A stretch of DNA of 64,000 bases from Octopus bimaculoides (Eukaryota), in the NCBI RefSeq assembly GCF_001194135.2, contig NC_068997.1, positions 14,081,481 to 14,145,480 on the forward strand. Reading direction: 5' to 3'. Both the position numbers and the translations under genes were made by a program. The notes beneath the pieces are model-generated. The model searched no databases, had not been told where the DNA came from, and was given only the letters and a program-made list of their open reading frames with translations. How positions within the stretch are numbered: position 1 is the first letter of the stretch; each line of letters opens with the position of its first letter. Shown in pieces: positions 50,761 through 61,560 of the stretch.

Positions 50761-51111
50761 ATTTTTATTCTTTGATTTGTTTCAGTCATTTTGACTGTGG
50801 CCATACTGCAGCACGGCCTTTAGTCGAACAAATCGAGTCCAGCACTTATTTTCTGAAAGCCTAGTACTTATTCTGTTGGTCTGTTTTGCCGAACCACTAG
50901 GTTACGGGGACATATACACATAAACAAAATCACACACACACACATATACGATGGGCTTCTTTCAGTTTCCATCCACCAAATCCACTCACAAGGCTTTGGT
51001 CAGCCTGAGGCCACAGTAGAAGACACTTGCCCAAGGTGCCATGCAGTGGGACTGAACCCGGAACCATGTGGTTGGTAAGCAAGCTACTTACCACACAGCC
51101 ACTCCTGTGCC
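50761..51111 (-). mobile_element. Family B SINE, near full length
   Basis: Reverse complement aligns with 19318-19712. Confidence 0.85.
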
Positions 51112-51754
51112 TTTATTTCATTTTATTTTGCTTTTATTTTTTGCATTCATTTTTTTACTTTTTCTGTAATACTCATTCACCCTTGAATAAGTTTTTAATT
51201 TCAATTTACATCACTTACATAATTTTTCTTTAATTCTTAATTTCTAAAAATGCCTTTATTTATATATAACATTTTTATGCCTCTTTCCATGAGTAAAGAC
51301 AATTTATATTATCCAGTTTTTAATTGAATTTCAACTAGCTTTTAATGCCTTTTTCTCCATTATGGTCAATCATATTACCTACAGAAGATATCCATTAATT
51401 TGAATAGCAGTGATGCCCTGTTTGCGGTTTAAATAAATAATAATTACTGCATTATTAATAAGATCTAAACACTCACTACTGTCTCATAATTGACAACATG
51501 AAACTGTGAGTAACAGTTTGTGAAATCATTTCAGCTCCCAAATATATAAAAATATATATATATATTGAAAAAGTTAATCGAAAATGCTCACACACAAGGA
51601 AAAATCTTCTTCCCAAAAAGGTTGCTAACATCCTGATAAAAAATTTTTATAACTTTATTTTTAAAATTAAAAAAAATCCCTTTTACACTTAAAAATTGTA
51701 CTAAGTAATTTTTCACAATGACTTTCAAATCTGTCTGTCTAGCTATCTATATAT

Positions 51755-51847
51755 ATATTATCTATTAATAAAGCATAGGACTCTATCTCTGGTATTTGAG
51801 TACTATTTTTCCAACTTGTTTCACATTTATGTGCTTACTCTGGTATA

Positions 51848-51880
<33 letters not shown>

Positions 51881-52157
51881 TACAGTTCTATATTTAAGAG
51901 ATGAGGAATTATGTACAGTATTTACATTTGACAGATATTTGTCCTCATCTTGTTTGTTGTTAACACAACGTTTCGGCTAATATACCCTCCAGCCTTCATC
52001 AGGTGTCTTTGGGGGAAATTTCCAACCTGGGTTTTTATTCCTAAGGTATTTTTCGATGTTATTATTATTATTATCATTATTATTATTATTCAGGTCACTA
52101 CCTGGAATCGAACTCGGAATCTTGGGGTTAGTAGCCCGCACTCTTATCCACTACAGG
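51755..52157 (-). mobile_element. tRNA-headed short element carrying a hammerhead ribozyme
   Basis: Minus strand order: tRNA-like head (52157-52090; B box AGTTCGATTCC at 52114-52104), (AAT)n linker, ~50-nt body, HHR (52007-51962), 3' region shared with 28230-28327, then (AT)n. Confidence 0.7.
51962..52007 (-). ncRNA. Minimal type I hammerhead ribozyme, canonical core
   Basis: GACAC CUGAUGA A GGCUG gaggguauau UAGCC GAAA C GUU^ GUGUU: 5-bp stem I, 5-bp stem II, AACGUU palindrome replacing stem III. Confidence 0.8.
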
Positions 52158-52165
52158 AATGCTAC

Positions 52166-52208
52166 TCCAGGCTGATGACGAGCAAAAACTCAAAAACATG
52201 TCCCTGGG
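52166..52208 (+). ncRNA. Hammerhead ribozyme motif with mutated G12 (probably inactive copy)
   Basis: UCCAGG CUGAUGA C GAG caaaaa CUC AAAAA C AU GUC^ CCUGGG: stem I 5 bp plus GU, ACAUGU palindrome and GUC triplet, but GAAA reads AAAAA. Confidence 0.6.
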
Positions 52209-52996
52209 TGCAGGCTTGGCAGAGTGGAGGTGCTTGTCTCCCCCTCGTAAACATAAGGACAGAGGAAATGTGTCAAGGCCAACAGGAAGCGGTCCAGCTT
52301 CCTTGGGAAGCAGGATGGTGGAGGTTCTGTTTTTGTTCCCAACTTTGACCCTCCATAAATACCAAATTTTATTCTGGTATTTGTAGGAGCAACCGCCTTT
52401 GAAGACTCATATTGTCATTCAATGCTTGAAATGAGCAGTAGATAGGCAGCCAACAACTGATGAAGGGTCGTTCTTTATGTTACTTGTCCTCTTTTCCATT
52501 TCCTTCTCTCGTTGTTTGCATATTAGACTCATTTGTATTAAGTTATAGATAAAGAGAGAAAACAGTATGATAAAATTCATTTATGCATTGGAAATTCTTA
52601 TATCACAACAACTGTTTCGAAGCTTAAAACATGCAAAGATACACAGATACACACTCCAAGTTTCTGCATTCAGTGGAAACAAACAGGGAGTCATATGCTT
52701 TCATACTGAAATGCTTTACATACAACCACATCTATACCATCATGTCAACACAGAAGAACACATAAATACATACATGTTACTTAAACATGTCATGGATACA
52801 CATGCTGCATTACAAAGATATACATCTAACATATTTGTAATTTTGAAATTTATATAAATTGCTTATAGTTCATTGTGTACAGAGGCTTTAATTTTAATAC
52901 TCTTTCATATGTACATATTGAAATATGACAGTATATCTATCTATCTATCTATCCATCCCTTTCTGCTATAAATATATATATGTATTGCACCACCAT

Positions 52997-53033
<37 letters not shown>

Positions 53034-53389
53034 AAAATAAGTTAAAATTCAAGTTTTAAATAACACTCTCATAATTGCTTTGTCTATACAAATATGCTAT
53101 ATTAATTTATTCCTCAAAGACTTTAAAGAATTATCTGAGAAAGCAATCAGTCTCACCTGCCAATTTGAATGATAGAAAGGAGTCATTTTTGGGGAATATA
53201 ATTGTCAGCACTTCTGTAAATCAAAATTAATTTGCATATAGAGAGAGGGAAATCCATATTTATATGTACACGTCTATGTAAATATATGCCCTATTTATCT
53301 CCTTTTTTAATTTCAGTTATTTACATGTATTGTGAGTGAGGATTGCATTTGTTCTACCTACTTTTCCTTCCTTATTGTGTGCAGGTATG

Positions 53390-53477
53390 TACATGAGTGT
53401 GTGCGTGTGTGTGTGTGTGATATATAAGGAGTAGGGAGAGAGAGTGAGAGAAAGGCAGAAAATTACGCATACATGTA

Positions 53478-53517
<40 letters not shown>

Positions 53518-53590
53518 GCGTGTGTGTGTGTGATATATATAGGGAGTAGGGAGAGAGAGAGAGAGAAAGGCAGAAAATTACGTATACATG

Positions 53591-53600
<10 letters not shown>
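53390..53600 (+). repeat. ~120-bp tandem duplication next to a gap
   Basis: gtgtgatatat..ggagtagggagagagag..agagaaaggcagaaaattacg.atacatgtaatata present twice. Confidence 0.85.
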
Positions 53601-53624
<24 letters not shown>

Positions 53625-54002
53625 NNNNNNNNNNNNNNNNNNNNNNNNNNNNNNNNNNNNNNNNNNNNNNNNNNNNNNNNNNNNNNNNNNNNNNNNNNNN
53701 NNNNNNNNNNNNNNNNNNNNNNNNNNNNNNNNNNNNNNNNNNNNNNNNNNNNNNNNNNNNNNNNNNNNNNNNNNNNNNNNNNNNNNNNNNNNNNNNNNNN
53801 NNNNNNNNNNNNNNNNNNNNNNNNNNNNNNNNNNNNNNNNNNNNNNNNNNNNNNNNNNNNNNNNNNNNNNNNNNNNNNNNNNNNNNNNNNNNNNNNNNNN
53901 NNNNATGTATAAAATCATTTATGTTCATGTATGCTTACTATTGAAGTAAAAATGAACACACACATATACATATTATTAATATTGGTATTATTATCATTAT
54001 CA

Positions 54003-54046
<44 letters not shown>

Positions 54047-54353
54047 AGCTTACCTCAAATTGTGTTGCATTTAAAAGAGTGATAATTATATGTATGTTTG
54101 AATACTTGATTAAATATATGTTTATATACATATAAACATACATATATACATATGTGTGTATGTGTGAGTATATATATGTGCATTTATATATATGTCTGTG
54201 TGTTTGCAAGATAATATATGGATGTGTATGTATTCACACACACACATATCTATATACACACATGTATATATACAGACCTATCTGTTTAGGTATATATATA
54301 TATGTCTATGTTCATGTACAGCTACTTAATTTTATATACCTCCCAGAGGCATG

Positions 54354-54407
<54 letters not shown>

Positions 54408-54854
54408 NNNNNNNNNNNNNNNNNNNNNNNNNNNNNNNNNNNNNNNNNNNNNNNNNNNNNNNNNNNNNNNNNNNNNNNNNNNNNNNNNNNNNNNNNNNNN
54501 NNNNNNNNNNNNNNNNNNNNNNNNNNNNNNNNNNNNNNNNNNNNNNNNNNNNNNNNNNNNNNNNNNNNNNNNNNNNNNNNNNNNNNNNNNNNNNNNNNNN
54601 NNNNNNNNNNNNNNNNNNNNNNNNNNNNNNNNNNNNNNNNNNNNNNNNNNNNNNNNNNNNNNNNNNNNNNNNNNNNNNNNNNNNNNNNNNNNNNNNNNNN
54701 NNNNNNNNNNNNNNNNNNNNNNNNNNNNNNNNNNNNNNNNNNNNNNNNNNNNNNNNNNNNNNNNNNNNNNNNNNNNNNNNNNNNNNNNNNNNNNNNNNNN
54801 NNNNNNNNNNNNNNNNNNNNNNNNNNNNNNNNNNNNNNNNNNNNNNNNNNNNNN

Positions 54855-54886
<32 letters not shown>

Positions 54887-54888
<2 letters not shown>

Positions 54889-55063
54889 TCATCATCATCA
54901 TCATCATCGTTTAACGTCCGCTTTCCATGCTAGCATGGGTTGGACGATTTGACTGAGGACTGGTGAAACCGAATGGCAACACCAGGCTCCAATCTAAATT
55001 TGGCAGAGTTTCTACAGCTGGATGCCATTCCTAACGCCAACCACTCAGAGAGTGTAGTGGGTG
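54887..55063 (-). mobile_element. Family A RTE-type 3' end, young copy
   Basis: About 4 differences from 1428-1600 over ~155 bp by manual comparison. Confidence 0.85.
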
Positions 55064-55407
55064 TATGTATGTATGTATGTAGAGATGTATATATTTGCAT
55101 GTGTGAGTGTAATGTATAAATAAGGTTATTATGAAGATTTTGTGCAAGCACAGCAAGCACAAGGCACTTGCTCTTGGGTAGTAGGGGCAATCTGGAATCA
55201 GTGGAGTTCCCTGATTGGCTCCGGTTTGCTCCCCAACTTTTAAGATACATTTTGGTTTCATTTCTCCTTTCTTTATGTTGTTGTTCTTTTCTATGCCTGA
55301 ATTTCTGAAACCCTTACTGTATTAGAAATATATCCTTGTATTGTCCTGTTTGCATCACACTCCAAGAAATAATAAAATAAGCGCAATTATTATTGTTTTC
55401 TAATCTA

Positions 55408-55610
55408 GGCAACAGGGCTGAAATTTTTGGGGAGGGGGCCAGTTGATTAGATCAACCACAATACACAACTGGTACTCAATTTATCGACCCCGAAAGGATG
55501 AAAGGCAAAGTTGACCTTGGTAGAATTTGAACTCAGAACGTAAAGACAGACGAAATACTGCTAAGCATTTCGCCCGGCGTGCTAACGATTCTACCAGCTC
55601 GCAGCCTTAA
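55408..55610 (-). mobile_element. Family C SINE, type-2 tail (left arm of head-to-head pair)
   Basis: Reverse complement aligns with 55630-55843. Confidence 0.85.
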
Positions 55611-55629
55611 AGTTTTATTGCTATCATTA

Positions 55630-55843
55630 TTAAGGTGGTGAGCTTGCAGAATCGTTAGCATCCCAGGAAAAATTCTTGGTGGCATTTCACCTGCTTTTAT
55701 GTTCTGAGTTCAAATTCTGCTAAGGTCGACTTTGCTTTTCATCCTTTCAGGGTCGATGAAATAAGTACCAGTTGCGTACTGGATCGATATAATTGATTAG
55801 CTCCTCCTCCAAAATTTCAGGCCTTGTGCCTTAAGTACAAAGG
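55630..55843 (+). mobile_element. Family C SINE, type-2 tail
   Basis: taaggtggtgagcttgcagaatcgttagc...gagttcaaattc...ggtcgactttgcttttcatcctttcagggtcgatgaaataagtaccag...ggccttgtgcc. Confidence 0.85.
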
Positions 55844-55868
55844 ATTATTATTATTATCATTATTATTA

Positions 55869-56075
55869 TTAAGGTAGCTAGTAGACAGAATCACTAGCAT
55901 GCCAGGCGAAGTGGTTAGTGGTAATTCATCTGTTGCTCCATTCTGAGTTCAAATTCCACCAGGGATGACTTTTTGCCTTTCATCCTTTTGAGGTCGATAA
56001 AATAAGTACCAGTTGAACACTGGGGTCAATGTAATCAACTCATTCCCTCCCCTCAAATACTGCCACTCTTGTGGA
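55869..56075 (+). mobile_element. Family C SINE, tandem copy after an (ATT)n spacer
   Basis: Same head, B box and central domain as the preceding copy. Confidence 0.8.
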
Positions 56076-56137
56076 AAAATTTAAAACTATTATTATTATT
56101 ATTACTATTATTATTATTCGAAATTGAACCAAATTCG

Positions 56138-56526
56138 ATGACTGGTACCCGTGCCAGTGGAGCACTAACAGCACTGTCCGAGCGTGGTAATTTCCAGAGC
56201 AGCTGTCTGGCTTCCTTGCTGGTGGCACGTAAAAAGCACCATTTGAGTGTGATTGTTACCAGCGTCGTCTTCCTGGCACTTGTGCCGGTGGCACATGAAA
56301 AAACATTCAAGTGAGGTCGTTGCCAGTGACGCTGGATTGGCTCCTGTGCAGGTGATACCCTGACTGGCCCTCGTGCTGGTGGCATGTAAAAGCACTCTCA
56401 GAGTGGTTGGTGTTAGGAAGGGCATCCAGCAGTAGAAACTCAGCTTTGTGCAGCCATCTGGTTTGACAGTCCTCAGTCAAATTGTCCAACCCATGCTAGC
56501 ATGGAAAGCAGGCGTTAAATGATGAT
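56138..56526 (+). mobile_element. Family A RTE-type 3' end with about five internal tandem units
   Basis: Repeated gtgc.(g/a)gtggcac.taaaa.gcac units followed by the standard family A 3' end and gat tail. Confidence 0.8.
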
Positions 56527-57032
56527 TATTATTATTATCATCATTATTATTATTATTATTATTATTATCATTAATATTATTATTATTCAGGCAAGGAGCT
56601 GGCAGAATCATTATTATTAACACTGGGAGTCGATGTAATCAATTTACCCCCACCCTGAAATCGTTAACCTTTTTGTCAAAATTTCAAACCAATACTAATT
56701 CTTTTTACTTATAAGCACCAGGCCTGAAATTTGAGGGGAGGAGTGAGATTGAATATATTGACCTCAGCGTTCAACTGGTACTTATTTTAGGATGTAAGGC
56801 AAACCTACTGAAGTACAGCATATGGATCTTTTCTCTTTTTTTGTATCTGGTCACATTTTCCCTCCACTTTTATGTAGTGATGGTCTTCTTATTACTTCTA
56901 TTTTCTGGAGATTCTTTGCAGAATAAAGATAGCTTATTTGTAAGAGTCAATTTTTATTGTATTATCTGTTATATTAACCATACAAATTGCTTTTGTCTTG
57001 AGTACATTTTGTTACAACATAAGTTCTTAACA

Positions 57033-57096
<64 letters not shown>

Positions 57097-59197
57097 CATA
57101 TGAACATATGCTTATGTGTATATATGCGTGTGTGCGTGTGTGTATACACATGCACACACTAGCACACTGAAGCTCATATTTGCATAGCCACACACTTGTA
57201 CGCCTATATATATAATTTCGCACATGCACATATGTATCAATACTCTTATATATACGCATATTCATAGCCGTGCCCGAAGGCACTAACACACATACACATG
57301 TATTGCCCTATTACTACCACCACCAACATCACCACCATCACCATCACCATATCTTCCACTTTTATCTATCGACCCCTTTCTCTGTCCCACATACACTCTA
57401 TTCCAAAATATCACCAAAAGCTGCTTATATCTTCCCAGAATAAGGAAACAATGGAATAATGCCTTTGCTAAAATTGTAGAGAGGCGACTATAGAGAACTG
57501 ATGTTATTTTAGACAGAACTTGATGAATCTGTCTTGACAATCTTATACTTAATGGAAAGAACTGCAGAGGATAAAATTCTTTGCCAATATACATTGTCCC
57601 ATTACTCCACCACACCCTTCACTACATCCCTCTCTTTCTCCTCACCCTACACATCATAAACAGTGTAGATGGTGGCGTTGGGGCAAGTCTTGTACAGTGA
57701 TGGTGGCACCTACCTACAATACTTTTGCTGAGTGTGGTGGTGAGATGTGGAATATTGTATTGGCTTTGGTGCAGTGTGGTATGGTCTGTTGTTGCAGTAG
57801 TGGTGGTTTCTATCGAAAAATGTAACTGCTTTATCTAACCTATCTTCAACTTTCATTATTTAAAATATTTTTTTTGTATTTTTCACGAATTTTTAACTTC
57901 TTTGTATTGATCATTTCTATTGTTGTTTTTATTTGATTTTTGCACACACATACACACACACACAGAGAAGGAAACAAAAGTAAATGAAGAAGAAATTACT
58001 CAGAAAAGCTAGAGGTATGTATATGAACAATGAAGGTATATTAAATACCGTACTACATGAATTTTTGATTTACAGAAATTGATCAGCTTCCAAGGAAGGC
58101 AGAATAATCATTTGGTAACAAGTAAGATTAATTCCAATTGAGACGAGATAATCACAAGAATCAAGAATTTTTTCTAAAATTGACATGCCAATAAAAATGA
58201 GATATCATCTAAAGACAAGAAGTGGACTGTGGACATACGTCTGCTTTGGTAGGGTCACAGGCATCACTGACTTATGAGGTGTGTGCCCCCGCATGTGTAT
58301 GAATGTATATCAGAATCAGAGAATGTTATCGATATACTTATGCTTTGATATACATAAAATTATCAATAATGTTTTCTATGTTCCTGATATAAACATATGC
58401 TTTAGCATACATGTTTCAATAAGCTTGCAGCACATTTCCTTGGTATTTTGGAAAAAAGTTTTTTTGATAAAATACATAGGAAATGCACTACTGAATTCCT
58501 AAGACATATGCATATTGAAGTGTAACAATGCTAATACCATTTTCTGCATTTTTTATTATATATGACTCAAGTATCATAATTTATATTAACCTTCAGCTGT
58601 AGATATCCATTGTATAGGATACACGAGTTTAATATAGAACCGGTTGCACTATACAAGTATGTAGCTATGTATCTGTGGGTATTTTAAAGCAGCAGTTTCT
58701 ATTCTAATTATGAAATTTTATTTTAATACGGGATTAGTTTAATATCAATTGATCCATATGAAATATAAAATACTTTGAAGCAACATTTTAGACACTACAT
58801 TCTAAACATAAGTTGTGTGTCATTAATCAGCTGTTTTCCCAGGGTTAAAATGTAGTAACATAGTTCTGTATGGTCCAGCCATGCTGAAGTGGCAACAAAC
58901 ATTACTATTTTGAACTAATTATATTATAAACCAAAACAAAATATAGTTGTTTATTTGACACATAGTACTTCAACTAGCTGAGATACCCTGTAATAAATTA
59001 CCATTAATAAGATATCTGTTTATAGCCATAAAACATTTTGCATCAAATTTTAACATTTTTCAAAAATTTAAAATCTATATTAATGGGTAGGATCAATTTG
59101 ATGAAGAAATCAGCAAAGTGTGGTAGCAAACCCATGTCGCTGTCATTTTTGTGCATGTGCATAAAATGGCGAAATTTTATGCTTTGGGGCAGATTTC

Positions 59198-59420
59198 GTC
59201 AGAAACGTTAGCACACCGGGTGAAATGCTTAGCGGTATTTCGACTTCCGCTACGTTCTGAGTCCAAATTCTGCCAAGGTTGACTTTGCCTTTCATCCTTT
59301 CGGGGTCGATTAAATAAGTACCAGTTATGCACTGGGGTCGATATAATTGACTTAATCTGTTTGCCTGTCCTTGTTTGTCCCCTCTGTGTGTAGCCCCTGC
59401 GGGCAATAAAGAAATAAGAA
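59198..59420 (+). mobile_element. Family C SINE, type-1 tail
   Basis: Aligns with 38636-38870. Confidence 0.85.
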
Positions 59421-59437
59421 ACTGAAAAAAGCTCATA

Positions 59438-59695
59438 GAATATATATTTATATATTTAATCCTTTATATTGAACACTCAATATTTCATTTATTCAATAAG
59501 ACATATTCCATATATTCAATAAGACATTCAATACTTTATTTCATAGTACCATCCATTTTTATTTTATATTATATATTGTATATTATATTATATATTGTAT
59601 ATTCCATATTCTATATCCCACATTGGTTTTGCAGGAATATAAATAAAACATAAAAAACAGACAGTGTTGGAACTCTTTTAAACAAAATAATATAT
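59438..59695 (-). repeat. Inverted near-identical partner of 5934-6190
   Basis: Base-by-base reverse-complement match to 5934-6190 over ~255 bp with a few substitutions and a 4-bp indel. Confidence 0.9.
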
Positions 59696-59699
59696 ATAT

Positions 59700-59912
59700 A
59701 TGTGTGTGTCTGTGTGTGAGTTTGTCTGTGTCTGTGGTTGTTGCCCACCACCATTTGACAGCTTCTATTGATTAGGTCCCTGTAACAGTCCAACAAAGGG
59801 GGTCAATAGAATAAATACCAGGCTTAAAACAACAAAGAACTGGGTTCAATTCATTCAACTAAAAATTCCTCAAGATGGTGACCCAGTATGGCTACAATCT
59901 AATGAGTGAAAC
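59700..59912 (+). mobile_element. Family B SINE 3' half, decayed
   Basis: ttgcccaccaccatttgaca...gtccctgtaac...atagaataaataccaggctt...gtatggctacaatctaatgagtgaaaca. Confidence 0.65.
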
Positions 59913-60096
59913 ACGTAAAAGGTACGTATATTGACATTTACATTATATATATAATACATATTTGATACACACACACACATACATATACACACATATGCGT
60001 GTGTGTGTACTATATATAATATATACATACATATGTACATTTATATTGTATACAAAATATATTTATATATTTATTTATGCACACACACACATATAA

Positions 60097-60155
<59 letters not shown>

Positions 60156-60515
60156 CATACATATTTATATAGACATATATGTATAATCCAGCCTAAAATA
60201 CCAAGATTAGGAGATGATTGTTTGATGTGCTGATTCTCACTTTGGAATTATCTTTCTGCAAGGGGAGATATTGGAACCATTATCCTGGTGTGAAGAGCAC
60301 TATCGGAAAATTTATGAGTAGTGAAATCTGAAACAACTTAAAACCTGCACAATGATAATAACTATGATGGTGGTTACGATTATAGTGATGGTCATAGCAG
60401 CAGTGATTCTACTATTTTCGTTATTTTCACCATCATCATCATCATCATCATCATTATCATCACCATCATCATTACAGTAACAATGATTATTATCACTATA
60501 TCATTTTCGATATTA

Positions 60516-60555
<40 letters not shown>

Positions 60556-60629
60556 CATCATTGAAGATTATTAGTATTATGATGGTGGTGGTGATTATTA
60601 CTCTCATCATCATCATCATCATCAAGTCT

Positions 60630-61560
60630 GTTTAAATAACAATTATTATTGCTGTGTCATTATAAAAGAAATCATCCGAACAATCATCATTATCACCATC
60701 ATCATTATTATTATTTTCATTATTATTATTATTATTTTCATTATTATTATTATCATTATTATTATTATCATTATTATTATTATTATTTTCATTATTATTA
60801 TTATCATTATTATTATTATTTTCATTATTGAGCGAGATCGTTGCCAGTGCCCCTGGACTGGCTTGTGCGGGTGGCACATAAAAGACACCATTTCGAGCGT
60901 GGCCGTTGCCAGTATCGCCTGACTGGCCTTCGTGCCGGTGGCACGTAAAAGCACCCACTACACTCTCGGAGTGGTTGGCGTTAGGAAGGGCATCCAGCTG
61001 TAGAAACTCTGCCAAATTTAGATTGGAGCCTGGTGTTGCCATCCGGTTTCACCGGTCCTCAGTCAAATCGTCCAACCCATGCCAGCATGGAAAGTGGACG
61101 TTAAACGATGATGATGATGATGATTATTATTATTATTTTAATTATTATTATTTTCATTATTATTATTATTTTCATTATTATTATTATTATCATTATTATT
61201 ATTTTCATTATTATTATTATCATCATTATTATTATTTTCATTATTATTATTATTTTCATCATTATTATTATTATCATCATTATTATTATTATTATCATCA
61301 TTATTATTATTTTCATTTTCATTATTATTATTATTTTCATTATTATTATTTTCATTATTATTTTCATTATGATTATTTTCATTATTATTATTTTCATTAT
61401 TATTATTTTCATTATTATTATCATCATTATTATTTTCATTTTCATTATTATTATTATTTTCATTATTATTATTATTTTCATTATTATTATTATTATTTTC
61501 ATTATTATTTTCATTATTATTATTATCATCATTATTATTATTATTATCATTATTATTATT
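60630..61560. repeat. Compound (ATT)n/(ATC)/(TTTC-ATT) minisatellite interrupted by an RTE 3' end
   Basis: ttttc(att)3-5 units on both sides of 60830-61123. Confidence 0.9.
60830..61123 (+). mobile_element. Family A RTE-type 3' end, young copy with two 67-bp tandem units
   Basis: Units start gagcgagatcgttgccag and gagcgtggccgttgccag; standard 3' end and (gat)n tail; CpGs largely intact. Confidence 0.85.

Larger units (their letters stand above)
1642..54854. other. 16 assembly gaps (N-runs) distributed through the window
   Basis: N-runs start at about 1642, 2902, 13337, 14679, 18044, 20377, 22815, 25218, 27068, 29243, 30845, 39210, 41674, 46540, 53625 and 54408; 14 of 16 abut an (AT)n run. 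Confidence 0.95.

Noticed and set aside
52390-52450. TTGAAGA...GAAAT...GTA, hammerhead-like spacing
   Set aside because: Position 3 is U with G8, stem I does not pair and stem II is weak; at best a heavily decayed motif.
56138-56400. Regularly spaced ~65-bp units that could suggest a CRISPR-like array or a twister/pistol ribozyme
   Set aside because: The whole unit is repeated (no unique spacers), the context is eukaryotic with no cas genes, and the conserved twister and pistol core elements are absent.
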